Made by a program: the position numbers and the translations under genes. Of a stretch of DNA of 64,000 bases, positions 49,956 to 62,449 are shown piece by piece; position 1 is the stretch's first letter, and the number at the start of each line of letters is the position of its first letter. The DNA comes from Podarcis filfolensis (lineage: Eukaryota). Under the pieces are notes generated by a model. The model made no database searches, was not told the DNA's origin, and saw nothing but the letters and a program-made list of their open reading frames with translations. Location: the NCBI GenBank assembly GCA_964270895.1, contig OZ185438.1. One strand, written 5' to 3'.

Positions 49956-50774
49956 CTACCCTGTCCCTGGCTTATCCACACTCTTCTTCTTTCAGATATT
50001 TCCCCCTCTTCTCAGATAGTATCTGAAACCTGTTAGAAAATCAGTTTTAGCTGCTGTTTGTGCACAGGTGGATTGGACCCAGAGTCGATTTTCGTGAATA
50101 TTTTATCAAATTTATACTAAAAATGAAAAGAGAAAGTGAGAAGGGACATTGCAATAACAAATTGTTCACAATATAATGATCAGGAAAAGCAGGGGCGTAT
50201 ACTAACAAGTCCTATAAAAATCTCTGCTCTCCCTTATGCGTTATCAACTTGCACCATCTATCCAAAGGAAAAATTATTTGTCAATCCAACATTTCTTCTG
50301 ATTTATGCATCTCTTTCACTAACTTTTGACAACATTTTATATCTGTTGGGACCATCCTTAGTTCCAACTGCACTCAACGGCTGGAGAAAACTTGCTGTAT
50401 TCCAGCTCTGTGCAACCTGTGATCCACAAAATTAAATGTAATCCACCCCACACATAGGGTGATCCTTCAGGGACTTGATAAGCCTCCTTTTATGCTGATT
50501 GCCTGGGACAGCTTGTGGAATCCCCAGACGATCACGATACAAGGTTGGAGAATGCATTGGGTCACAATTTACAGAACTCCCAATATGAATTTAAAGTAGC
50601 CTGTTTCTGATTGGGCTATAGGTCTCATTGGCCCAATTAGCAAGAAATGCAAAGGAAGTTCTGAAAATGTCTGCTCAGAACATTCAGGGATTGGGAGCTG
50701 TTTCTGGCACATTCCCAGATGTCTGAATGTAGGTATCTTTGGTGGATCAGACATACTAACTTCAGTGATTATTT

Positions 50775-50960
50775 TTGTCCTAACTATGCTCCAAAGAGTT
50801 CGAGGGTGGGGGACATAGTTTTCTCACCCCACCCCTATTAATCCTCATAACATCTTGAGAGGTAGGTTAAGCTGACAAAGGTAAGCTGGCCCAAGATCAC
50901 CAAAACTAACTTCACGGCTGCATCGCAAATTGAACCTGGGTCTCTGTGGTCCTAGTCAGA
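50775..50960 (-). mobile_element. CORE/MIR-like SINE relic
   Basis: AATCCTCATAACA...GAGGTAGGTTAAGCTGA...GGCCCAAGATCACC...TTGAACCTGGGTCTC. Confidence 0.6.
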
Positions 50961-51844
50961 TACTATGTTTGCTACCTGAGGGAGCAAGGAAAATCTGGCA
51001 CTCACCCATTCCATGACAGATGGATCTTATTACAAAAATGGTGGAGAGACAAAATCCTACAAGACACCAGAGGTTAGCTTAGGGGCCCTATATGAGCTCA
51101 TGTGACACAGCACTGTCCCCCAACATTTTATTGCCACTCCTCACCAACCAGCACCCGTCAATTGAGGCAACTGGCTCACTCTCCCCAATGGTAGGGCTGG
51201 CCTTGATCATGCTTTTTTTAATATGATTGTGATTTTCAATTTATATCCTTCGCTTCCTCTCAAAAGGAGCCCAGGATGACACATGCACAAACAACAAACC
51301 AATTAAAACACCTAAGAACATCTACTCTAAAAAAAAATAGAAATCTTATGGCTGAAAGCTGCTGTTGATAAGGAAGGCAAAAGAACATATGAAACTTCTA
51401 AAGTTTTGCTTGAGATATTCTGAGTACACAAGTGTACTTGCATTCCAATCTGAGTAATTACACTCTGCCTACACAAATTCTCCCTGCAGTTTCGTTTGGA
51501 AATGTTCCTTCGCTGTTCCTCTCCTAAAGAGTGAGCTTTGCAACTGTGGGTGGATGAAATGACACTGAAACCGGCAAGAGCTTGTCCTCAGTTTTAAGTG
51601 CACAGTGCCTATTAGCTCAATACTGTAGTCTTACTGTTAAGAACTTCATGTGCCCCAAAGAGCCAGTAAACTATTTTGATAACAATTAATGCAAAAAGTG
51701 GCCAGCGCAGAGTGTAGTGTGTGCTATATATAAAATATAAACAGCATAGGGTGCATCTATTAATAAGCAACTTGTGTTGTTTAATAGGCTTAAGAGTGCA
51801 ATCCTATCACGATCTACTCATCCTATTGAGTTCAATGGTAATTA

Positions 51845-52077
51845 CAGTCATACCTCAGGCTGTGAATGTGATCTGTGCGGGAGGCGCGTTCGCAACCCGC
51901 AACGCCGTGTCTGCACGTGATGCGATTCAGCGCTTCTGCGCATGGCCTCGTTTTGTGTTTCTGTGCATGCGCGAGTGCCGAAACCCAGAAGTAACCCGTT
52001 CCGGTACTTCTGGGTTCGGCATGGTCCGCAACCCGAAAATGCACAACCCGCAGCATTCGTAACCCAAGATAATACTG
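51845..52077. mobile_element. Tc1/pogo-like MITE nested in an older palindromic repeat
   Basis: TA flanks, degenerate TIR CAGTCATACCTC / GATAATACTG, CpG-rich interior with repeated (GC)AACCCG motifs. Confidence 0.8.
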
Positions 52078-53104
52078 TACTCCCAGTTAAGTATGAATAG
52101 GATTGAAGTGCAAATAGGTTGCAGTCTATTGGTCAAAGAATCTTAATCTAGAAAGCAGATCATTATGCTGAATTATTTCTATACTAAGTAAATGTAGAAC
52201 TATCTATATTCTCTTCCCTTTGGAAGAGAAAGTGGGCCACTTTTACATTTCTACTAGTTAAGTTCTAGGTATGAGACTTTGTATCTCCATCACCATCACA
52301 ATTAACAAATGGCAGCATCAAATAGTGCTGTCTTGATATCATCTTGATAAATATCCGGAACTTCAGGTTCAGTTAGATTATCCATAATAACCATGTATCT
52401 GAGGGCTTCCTTTTATTATTTCATTAATACATAACAGCATACCAGCAAACTTATGCCCCAAAATACACTTTGACATAACAAAAGCTTTTCTCATTTTTCC
52501 ATTACAGTATCAGAGTATTGTTGGGTGGTATGCTGTATTTATATCAATCCAGAGCCTCAAAACTGAACCAGAAAAAGGCATACAGGAAAGTCTGTGAATC
52601 TAGCCTCATGGCCTGAGATATATGTCACATGTGTATGTATGTTTTATATATTACATATGTTTTATTATACTGTATTATCTTTGCTTGGTTGCTATGCCTT
52701 GTGTCTTGTTAGCATCCCATTTCAAGGCAGCAGCCTTACTCCCAGCAATATTTGAGTCAGTTCCACTGTCTGCTGGAGGGTTCCTAATTTGCCCATGAGG
52801 CCATGTCCTCAAAACCCCACTCACCTGTCAATCAGATGACATCACTTCGATGGGTGGGTGACATCAGCTGAGGGTTCGATTATGTGTTGGCTGTGGGCGC
52901 TGGCTCCATGGAGGAAACTGGTGCACACAGCCAATGCTGCAGAGTTTAACTCTTGCTCAGGGTAAATACTGCTCCGTTTGGCTGTGCAAGCCAGTTCCAT
53001 GCAGAGAACTAGCACATGCAGCCAGTGCAGCATGTGGTCCTGGCAATGTTCCCCCAGAAATACACAATGCCATATCCTTTTAAGGAAGTATGACTCTTCT
53101 GAAA

Positions 53105-53232
53105 CATAGAGATCACGGAATTATAGGGTTGGGAGGGACCCTGAGGAGCATCTAGTCCAACCCTCTGCAATGCAGGAATATGCAGCTGTTTGAGCCATAT
53201 GGGGATTGAACCATGCTCTAACCAACTGAGCT
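53105..53232 (-). mobile_element. Short tRNA-head / CR1-tail SINE
   Basis: Sense reads AGCTCAGTTGGTTAGAGCAT-GGTTCAATCCCC...GGTTGGACTAGATG...GGGTCCCTCCCAACCCTATAATTC. Confidence 0.75.
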
Positions 53233-55401
53233 CAAGTACTGTATATTAATTTGTCAGTGGCAATTTAAAAACAATAACAGGGCAGTATTCTCCAGTTATT
53301 GCTGAAATCTGCTTTTCTTAAAAGAAAAGCATACACATTGGAGTTTAATGTTCTCTTTAAAAAAATAATGCAGATTTGAAACTTCCATCTGCTGCACCTC
53401 ATTTGAGAAGCCAGATATAATGAAATCATCAGTGCTGGGAATCTCAAGCAAAGGGGTAGATTACTTCCAGGCTAGATGTCTTGGCTGGCTGTGTCTGTCA
53501 TGTAATTAAACACTGACTTAAGATTCATACACGCAAAGGGAGATGGCGGACGTTGTATTAGCAGTGCTTAGTATGCCACTTTCAAGCGCTTTGTCCTTGC
53601 GACCTCACTCACGGCCTTTACATGCAATTACATGACTGGGATTAGGCTAAGGTTCTTTAAATATTTCCAGCGGAGAACAAGCAATTGTGTGCTGTATGCC
53701 CAAAGATGCATGAAATGTTTCCCACTCAACAAGAATCTAAGCCAGAGACCATGTGATGTTTACTCCTCGGCTGAACCCATTTATAGACACATTACTCACC
53801 ACTGTCCCAGTTAGCATACATGCCCCATTATTTGCAGACATGTTGCTCTTTATACTGTTTGGAGAAAGGCAAAGTGATGAGGCATTGCTGAATTATACTG
53901 TTAAAAATCCCTCTGAATCTCACCCTGTGGGTTATGGGCAAGATGCATGCACTTGTTTGCATAGTGCATGGCATTAACTTCCAAATGAATCTGTTATTTG
54001 GACCATGTCAGTGAATGGGGGGGGGGGGAGATAGGTTTAACAGAAGAAATGTGGAAGGAATGACTTTCTTTAGACACTGAGAAATATTTTGTTCTTAGAA
54101 CACTAAAGCAGACAAACAAAGCTTTTGGAGAAGAGAAATGAACAAAGCAAATATATAAGTTCATGAAGCTTTGTAGGCTGCAGATAGAACTGGTGCCAAA
54201 TGTTTGCATTATGAACGAGAGCAGAAAAAAGTCCGTCAAACTGTGTATCTCTTTCAGGCCCAATCCCTAGAAAGGAGCTTCCTGGACTCCACTCAGAATC
54301 CATCTAATGTGAGCTTGCATTCTGACCACCATTCCTTTCCATATACACTTTGATTTCAACAGGACCTATACACGACTCTGCAACCACAGCTGTTTAGCTG
54401 GCAAGGAATGTTTTCCTTTGTGGGAAGGTAAAGTGAAATTCTTTTCAGCCAGCGGCACCAGGTGAGACCACCTTCCTGAGTAAATTAATACCGTCAGCAA
54501 CCGCAGTCAGAATGAGAAAGCAAGAGGCACTGCTGCAAATCAAAAGTTCTGCAGCGATACTTGATAGGTGTATTTTTAAAGCCACAGTTAAGTGCTTACA
54601 AGGGGAAAAATAGAGAAATGAACATTTGGCAGGATGAGGCTCAGTCTTTCCTGATTGATCAACAGCCATCAGTAGTTTTTAAATGTCTAATTCTATAGGC
54701 AACTTTTAACGAGGCTGTGTAAGTATGGACACTCTGGTCTCCAGCTGGCAGAAATGCAACATGAAGAGTGTCAGGCTTGTTCCATTTTCTCAGCCTCCAG
54801 CAAGCACTTGCAATTATGAATCCTTTGGCTTTCTTTTTGGTCCCTGCTGTTGCTAAGTAACAGAAGTATGTAGACCAATGCCGAAAAGGCAAAGGCATTT
54901 CCCTCTCCTGTTGCTGCAGCAAAACTGCCCTACATTGCAGTAAAAAAGAAAAAGAGGAAAAAGAGGAGAGAATAAATTGCAAAATGTGGTGTGAAAGTCC
55001 TCTTTTTCAGCTTCAGCTCTTATTCTCTCTTGGAATCATAGGGTTGGGAAGAGACCTCAGTGTAATCTATTCCAACCCCATGCAGAAGGAAATCTACCTA
55101 CTGCAAACTTTGGTAACAGTTACTTTGATAGTGACATCAATTAAAACTTCAAGGCCATTTTTCCATTTACATTGTTGATCTAACTGGACATTGTTTTGTT
55201 CATGCAAATGCTACTGTTTTGGGCCATGGTGTAACTGGACAGATTCTACATACTAATTTCCTTCAACTAATCCTAAATCTTGGTGCATAGTCCTTTAAAG
55301 CTAGCATAGATTCATAGAATTGTAGAGATGGAGATGCTATTCAAATGCTGCCTGTGTAAAGGTGTCGCCATAATAGATGAAACTGAGAGACCGCTTTGAG
55401 A

Positions 55402-55402
<1 letters not shown>

Positions 55403-55481
<79 letters not shown>
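55403..55481. repeat. Compound (TG)n(AG)n microsatellite
   Basis: Direct reading. Confidence 0.95.
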
Positions 55482-55483
<2 letters not shown>

Positions 55484-55754
55484 CAGTTTTAGCTCATTGG
55501 TAAGGAAGATAATCTTCCCTATTGATACTAACATTGGTGGTCAGTGGAAGATGTGAGTAAACTCGCTATGTTATGTCATGTCCCCACTTCATATTGAGAA
55601 TGATGCTAAATGTTTTAGCTGTGTGCACTGAAAATTTGTTACAGCGATGATAATTTCAAGGGTGACCATAATGTACAGCCCAGCTCTTACAGGCTGTATA
55701 AAATGGGGACACTTTCGAGGAACCAATGAAAGGATGTAGCTCAATGCTGACACT

Positions 55755-55755
<1 letters not shown>

Positions 55756-55787
<32 letters not shown>
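55756..55787. repeat. (AC)n microsatellite
   Basis: Direct reading. Confidence 0.95.
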
Positions 55788-55790
<3 letters not shown>

Positions 55791-57624
55791 AACACTTCCA
55801 GCATCCCAGAAAACAGGAACTCAGAAATGGTTTGAATGTTACTAACACTGCCCAGTTTTCTGGGAGTAAGCCCCATTGAATGATGGAGCTTCCTTCTGAG
55901 TAAACACACATCAAATTGTGCTGGCTTGTAGGTTATCAGTGAGAGATAAACAATTCAGTGACTTCAAATTCACGGTGCCAATTACTCTCTGAGAAGTGCT
56001 GGTAAATATGTCAGCTCTAACCGATGTCACTTCAGAATGAAGTAAAGTGTATGTATTATGACGTGAGCCTCCAATTGACTGGTCTTCCAGTGCTGGTTAT
56101 GTTATATGTAATATCAAACAAACACTGGACATGGCAGCTCTTGGGTTGCTGGCAGGTGATTATGTTTTCCTGGAAGTTTTATTTAATGATGGATTGACCT
56201 CAGGGTGCCTCCATCTTTGGCTGTCGAATAAGAGTTGCAATATCAGAAGGTGCAAAAATTACAGAGAGTATTAAACAGGGAGGATCAGGCAAGCTCCAGA
56301 AAGTATTTTCAAGTCCCCTGTGAGAGTCCACAAAGTGATTTTTTAAAAATCCAATTTTATGCCTTTATTTAACTGTGGTAAATAAACTATCTGGATTTTT
56401 TTTTTAATGAGAGAAAATTGTATTCCATTCACATGCTGCGAAGGATTAAAAAAATCCTAAGGGTGAGCTATAGACAGATACTATTCCTTTGCACCATTGC
56501 AATTTAATATTAGGATAAGCAGTTATGTTTATAGTTGAGATTTTGAATAAGGCCTCCATACACGAAGGGCAGAGCTGTGATCCATCACAGTTCAGCTGCA
56601 AAGGAGCAACCTTCTGATGAGGCACCTTCAGCTTTCAGCAACTGACAGAATGGTGCTATTTAACGAGAAGGGTTATTTAACTTAGATACTATGGTTTTTG
56701 TTTTGTTTTTTGTATCTGCCCCAAATCCCAAACTATTCTCAGAACAAAAAATAGCCAAGAAAAGCAATGTTACTCTCCTGCTGTTGAATAAGAGATAAGA
56801 ACATATTGTGAATTTACATTATTAGTAAAAAGGAAAGGGGGGGGCAGGAAGGAAATATGTTTCTGGTTGTCAGGGAAACCCAGAAGGCCAAATTATGAAC
56901 AGAGCTGAACAGTTTCCATAGCTTTGATACTTAAATGAGAAAATGACTAGATTCATTTCTCCAAATGAGATTCCTAGAAGGAGGCAGAGATGAAGAGAGA
57001 TGCATTAAGGCTGTCGTGGCTAAATAGAACTAAAAATGACAAACTTTGAATAAAAAGGTCCAAACGAAAGTGACATCTAAAGGTTCTGGTCACGCATAGC
57101 TCAGTAAAACCAACCGCAAGGAAGCTTTTTATACTATATTTAATAATTAGATCTTGAGCGCCTCCTTGAGGAACCAACAAGTCCTGCAGATCAGAGCAGC
57201 TTCTGCTGCTGAATTCAGCTGTCCTTAAAGAAACATTTCCAGGGTAGGTTTACTGATCATTAGTCCTGATTTGTTTGCAGGGAAATTAGATGAAGTTGGC
57301 TATTTAAATGAGAATTTAATCATTAGTCCTGATTTGTTTGCAGGGATGTTATGTTATTCCACACATTCAACTGCATGTTCCCTGGGGGAAGTACGTTGGT
57401 TGTGCAAGACCTCAAAACCAACTATAACTGTGCAACCTGAATTTGCCGGTATGTGACTCAATCCCACCTGACAATAAGACAGCGTGGAAGCACCCTGGGT
57501 CAAGGAAAGAAAACACAACGATGCTTCCAGTGTATCCTAGCCACTAGCTCAAGCTCAAACTCTTTGGAACAGAGGCTATTCCATGAGGAATTCATACTGC
57601 AGGTATGCTTTCAATGAATATAAA

Positions 57625-57946
57625 AGGTAAAGGGACCCCTGACCATTAGGTCCAGTCGTGACCAACTCTGGGGTTGCAGCGCTCATCTCGCTTTATTGGC
57701 CGAGGGAGCTGGCGTACAGCTTCCAGGTCATGTGGCCAGCATGACAAAGCCGCTTCTGGCAAACCAGAGCAGTGCACGGAAACGCTGTTTATCTACTTGC
57801 ACTTTGACATGCTTTCAAACTGCTAGGTTGGCAGGAGCTGGGACCGAGCAACGGGAGCTCACCCCGTCACGGGGATTCGAACCGCCAATCTTCTGATCAG
57901 CAAGTCCTAGGCTCTGTGGTTTAACCCACAGCGCCACCCGCATCCC
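57625..57946 (-). mobile_element. Sauria SINE with 27-nt internal deletion
   Basis: Reverse complement of the 24121 element; 18-bp TSD TTCAATGAATATAAAAGG (57610-57627, 57947-57964). Confidence 0.93.
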
Positions 57947-58342
57947 TTCAATGAATATAAAAGGGTCTAAATGTGTGTGCACCAGCAGCTACACAGTATG
58001 AAAGGATACCATTTCTGGGACTAGGTGTCTGATTTGGATACATGTTTTGAAAAATGCAAGGCTCTCAGTAAATATGACTCAGCTGAAATAGCCCATGTGA
58101 TGACTCGTGATTTTGACCCATACAATGCATCAGGACAGTTTCTCCAGCTATTATAGATGCAATACTAGCACGAATTAATACATGTGCAGTCTTCAGAAGA
58201 ACATAAGAATCTGACTGATGCCAAGTCTGTTCCTTTGCTCTATCAACCTCAGCAGCTCTCTAGGATTTCTTCCCACTGCAACCCCACCCCACCCCACACT
58301 ACATGGGCACCCAACTCTCTGAAGAGTGTTGGGTGCCCATGT

Positions 58343-58945
58343 TTAGGACCCTCGTATTTTCAGGACTGCCTCTCTTGGTATGCCCCGCAGAGGACCTTAA
58401 GGTCCATGAATAACCATAGTTTAGAGGTCCCGGGTCCTAAGGAAGTCAGACTATCCTCCACCAGGGCCAGGGCCTTTTCAGTGATGGCTCCGACCTGGTG
58501 GAATGCTCTGTCCCATGAGACTAGGGCCTTGCAGGATTTAACCTCCTTCCGCCGGGCCTGTAAGACAGAGCTATTCTGCCTGGCCTTTAATTTGAACTCA
58601 GCCTGATCTTTTATTTCCCTTCTCTTCCCCCTCCCCCCTTTTTATGAAGATTACCTGCTTCGGGACCCCACAGCTAATTCTCCCCTGGCCTCCTCGCTGG
58701 CCCAAGTAGGTCTAATTTAGCCAGCTAGCCCTGGTGACTATCTAATGTTTATTGGATGGACTTCCCTCAAATTGATTTTTGAACTTTGAATTTTATTGTT
58801 ATTCATGTTTTTATACTGTCTTTTATGCTGCTTTTATGTTGTATTACAATTAAGTGTTTTAAAATGGTTGTTAGCCACCCTGAGCCTGGGTTTCTGAACT
58901 GGGAAGGGCAGGGTATAAATAAAAAATTATTAATTATTATTATGA
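58343..58945 (+). mobile_element. 5'-truncated L2 LINE (ORF2 C-terminus plus 3' UTR)
   Basis: GPSYFQDCLSWYAPQRTLRS...RAFSVMAPTWWNALS...SFRRACKTELF* is the L2 ORF2 terminus; tail GGGCAGGGTATAAATAAA(ATT)n. Confidence 0.88.
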
Positions 58946-59669
58946 TGAAGAGGTTTCTCAGGCCTGCAGTGGAAAGAAGGGACTACAAGGAAGTCCGCTT
59001 CCACAAGCTTCTACTTCTCAGAATCCAAGCCGCTCATTCCATTGCTTATACTTGCATCCACGTGGGTAGTATTTCCTTTGATTCTGAAGGAACAACCTCT
59101 TGCCCATGAGGGCTGAAATCATGTCAGTTCCTATATATTCTTTTCCCCTGACAAGCGGGAGTTCCATTGCTGTTGGGGTTGCTGTTTTCACCCTTTTATG
59201 TTTGTATGGGGGGGGGGAGAAAGCTCATTCTCACTGAGCACTTTTGGAGCCAGGGTTGCAGCTATTACAAAGTGCAGATGTAGGCAAGCCACTCTCTCCC
59301 TGGTCTGTTTGTCTGAAGAAGAAGCAAGAGCTTTTCCTCCTAAGTGCACTTACATTATTATTGTTTGTGCTATATGAACAGTTTCGTATGGCCGAGCTTG
59401 GCGTAATAGCAATTTGGAACGAAGCTTCCTCCTAGGCAGCAAATGGCATAAAGGACAAACACAACTCAAAGCTGCAGGCCTGCTTTTACATATTACTGAG
59501 GGAATAAACAGGCCTTTTCAAAGCCAAAGAAAGGTTAACATTCCCTCCCCACCCTACATGAAAGCAATTAGGAGTTCAACTCTTTCCAGGCCTGAATTGT
59601 GAACTTCAGATTTAGCCATCAATGTCTGACAATGACAACTGGCAAAGGCATACTGGTGCCAGTGCGGTG

Positions 59670-60057
59670 GACGCAGGTGGCACTGTGGTCTAAACCACAG
59701 AGCCTCTTGGGCTTGCTGATTAGAAGGTCAGAGGTTTGAACCCCCACGACGGGGTGAGCTCCCATTGCTCTGTCGCAGCTCCTGCCAACCTAGCAGTTCG
59801 AAAGCACACCAGTGCAAGTAGACAAATAGGTACTGCTGTGGTGGGAACGTAAAAGGTGTTTCTGTGCACTCTGGTTTCCATCATGGTGTTCCGTTGCACC
59901 AGAAGCAGTTTAGTCATGCTGGCTACATGACCCGGAAAGCTGTCTGTGGACAAACGCCGGCTCCCTTGACCTGAAGTGAGATGAGCGCCGCAACACCATA
60001 GTCGCCCTTGACTGGATTTACCCGTCCAGGGGTCCTTTACCTTTTACCTTTTTACCT
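59670..60057 (+). mobile_element. Sauria SINE (longer subfamily variant) inserted in the head of a CORE-like SINE
   Basis: GACGCAGGTGGCACTGTGG head and CCAGGGGTCC(TTTACC)n tail. Confidence 0.9.
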
Positions 60058-60083
60058 AGCAACTATGGTGCTGGACCAGAATA

Positions 60084-60309
60084 CAGTGGTACCTCGGGTT
60101 ACATACGCTTCAGGTTACAGACTCTGCTAACCCAGAAAGAGTACCTTGGGTTAAGAACTTTCCTTCAGGATGAGAACAGAAATTGTGCTCCGGTGGCGCG
60201 GCAGCAGCAGGAGGCCCCATTAGCGAAAGTGGTGCTTCAGGTTAAGAACAGTTTCAGGTTAAGAACGGACCTCCAGAACGAATTAAGTACTTAACCTGAG
60301 GTACCACTG
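60084..60309. mobile_element. Tc1/pogo (Tigger-like) MITE
   Basis: TA TSD; TIR CAGTGGTACCTCGGGTTA vs CAGTGGTACCTCAGGTTA (17/18). Confidence 0.93.
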
Positions 60310-60900
60310 TATATGAGAACAAGGTTCAAATCCCCACTTTGAAGGGTGACCTTGAGCCAGTCACTGCCTCTCGGCCTAACCTACCTCACAGGGTTGCCAT
60401 GGGGATTAAACGTCTTGGTGATGTGTAAGTAGCTGCATTAACCTGCACTGGCATTCTGATTTCAATACTGCTAGGGGATACGCCCTAACAGCTCTATTTT
60501 GGGTTTGTTTGTTTTTCTGTAGGCAATGCTCTGGCGAAGCAGCATTCAACTGGACGAACTCTCCGCTCACTAGCTGGTGAGCAGATGGTTTAATCCTGCT
60601 CCTTGCAGGGGTCTGCTTCTCCAGAGCATTCCTTGCAGGGAAAGGTGCTGCTGAAGCAGCACCAAGCAGGATTAAACTCGCTACTCACCAGGGTTCAGTC
60701 CTGCTTTCTGACAAAGCAGCACCCAGCATGGCAAAACCATTCTTCTCCACCCATCAGCTGGTATCACCCCCTGACAGACTAAGATTGTTCTGAAAGGATG
60801 GAAGTTGCCTGCCCCTGATTTACTGGGATAATTCCAATTGACTTTGCAGTGCTAAATAAGTCATTTTAAACTGTTTTTTTAAAACATTATGGTGTAATAT

Positions 60901-60988
60901 CTGTGCTATTTTTCTAGAAAAAGAGACGCCCGAACTCACCCTCATTCTCTTACAATGGCGCCCACCTGAGAGGTGCCGGAACTGAGTT
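60901..60988. mobile_element. Degraded short MITE
   Basis: GAGGTGCCGGAACTGAGTTCCAGCTGAAAAAAGCTCTG end with a decayed mirror at the left. Confidence 0.5.
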
Positions 60989-61190
60989 CCAGCTGAAAAA
61001 AGCTCTGCTTTTAATATTAATGTTGTGCTTTAATAGTTGTAACCTACCCTGGTACCCTTAGGGTGAAAAGCGGGAAATAAATTGTGATGATAATAATAAC
61101 AACCATGATGTTGAACACACTGCTGTAAAAATGTGAATGTTCTAGTGGGTAAATGGTTGAACAATACATGATATATAGATCAGCAGAGTT

Positions 61191-61430
61191 TGGATTTGGA
61201 ATTGATATCCCACTTTATCACTACCCTAGGGAGTCTCAAAGCGGCTAACATTCTCCTTTCCCTTCCTCCCCCACAACAAACACTCTGTGAGGTGAGTGGG
61301 GCTGAGAGACTTCAGAGAAGTGTGACTAGCCCAAGGTCACCCAGCAGCTGCATGTGGAGGAGCGGAGACGCAAACCCTGTTCCCCAGATTACGAGTCCAC
61401 CGCTCTTAACCACTACACCACACTGGCTCT
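61191..61430 (-). mobile_element. tRNA-headed SINE (L2-associated, CORE-like)
   Basis: Sense head AGAGCCAGTGTGGTGTAGTGGTTAAGAGC; core GGTGACCTTGGGCTAGTCAC; L2-like tail. Confidence 0.8.
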
Positions 61431-61466
61431 AGCAGATCTAACTCTGGGATGAAAAACAAGGCCTTG

Positions 61467-61469
<3 letters not shown>

Positions 61470-61498
<29 letters not shown>
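61470..61498. repeat. (AT)n microsatellite
   Basis: Direct reading. Confidence 0.95.
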
Positions 61499-62449
61499 GC
61501 GCCTGAAGTGTAGATAGACATGTCCAGGCCTATGGCAACAGCCCAGGCTATGGGAGGTGAAGTCTCTCAGACCCTCAGGGGAGTTCTGTGGTCTCATGGG
61601 CAACAACAGAGGGCTTACAATTACACAACACATGAAAGGCAATCACTCCAGCAAAAAAAGCTGAAGTGAAAACATAAAGTATAAAGATTTAAAAAGCACT
61701 ATACTGAAGTAATAACTTAGCCTGCTCTTGAGCACAGGACTGTGAACACCGTAATTAGGTAGCCTCCTATCAAGTGACATGAGGAAAAATTACAAAAGGG
61801 AGTGATGGAAGACAAAAGTGTGTGAGAAATAAATTAGCTTGATTACCGGGTTGGAGCTGTGATATTCGAGATCACTTTGTCAGCTTAATTGGCTACAATT
61901 TATGCAGCTCTATCAAACCTAACTAAGGCATTAATAGGGGAAGAGGTGTACTCCACGTCCTTAGGAACAATTAGCCCTTGTCTTTCATGAAGGTATTTGG
62001 GAGACTCTCTGTGCTGAAAAGTGTGTGCAATTTGTAAGGTTAATTATTTGCATTATTTATTATTACCTTTTCTTGGTAGTGCCTGTTGCCATAATACCTT
62101 GAGCACAATTTTTGTGGTTCAAACAGATCGCACAATGCCCATGTACAGAGAATTAGCTGTTCTGTATAATATTCTCAGCCAGCAGTCTCTAATTATGTTC
62201 TCCTTTACATTACATCCTGTACATTGTGCTTTCCTCCCCGTCAAGTTTCCCCCCAAAACAAAGCCAAGAAAAGATTGATCCTTTAATTGTAGCAATAGGG
62301 GCCTCACATCCACGGTGCATGATCCTGAGGTAACCTTACAGGAGCTGTGAATCTAAGCCCTGGCTTGTCATCTACAAGGCACCTTAAATGAACCCCTCCA
62401 TGTGAGAAGCAACAGTGGTAGGAACCTCAGCTGTGCTTATTAGTGTTAT

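Larger units (their letters stand above)
59658..60410 (+). mobile_element. Host tRNA/CORE-like SINE split in three by two insertions
   Basis: Pieces 59658-59669, 60057-60083 and 60310-60410 rejoin into a head and core like the 12321 and 61191 copies. Confidence 0.7.

Noticed and set aside
56650-56685. Paired MEF2 sites (GCTATTTAAC, GTTATTTAAC)
   Set aside because: Neither fits YTA(A/T)4TAR; AT-rich background makes such near matches common.
57256-57346. CRISPR-like repeat-spacer-repeat geometry (28/35/28 bp)
   Set aside because: Only two repeats, no cas genes, and a vertebrate intron context; likewise the 23/16/23 pattern at 10957.
58184-58606. 140-aa ORF as a host gene
   Set aside because: The C-terminal part is L2 ORF2; the N-terminal part is unrelated flank.
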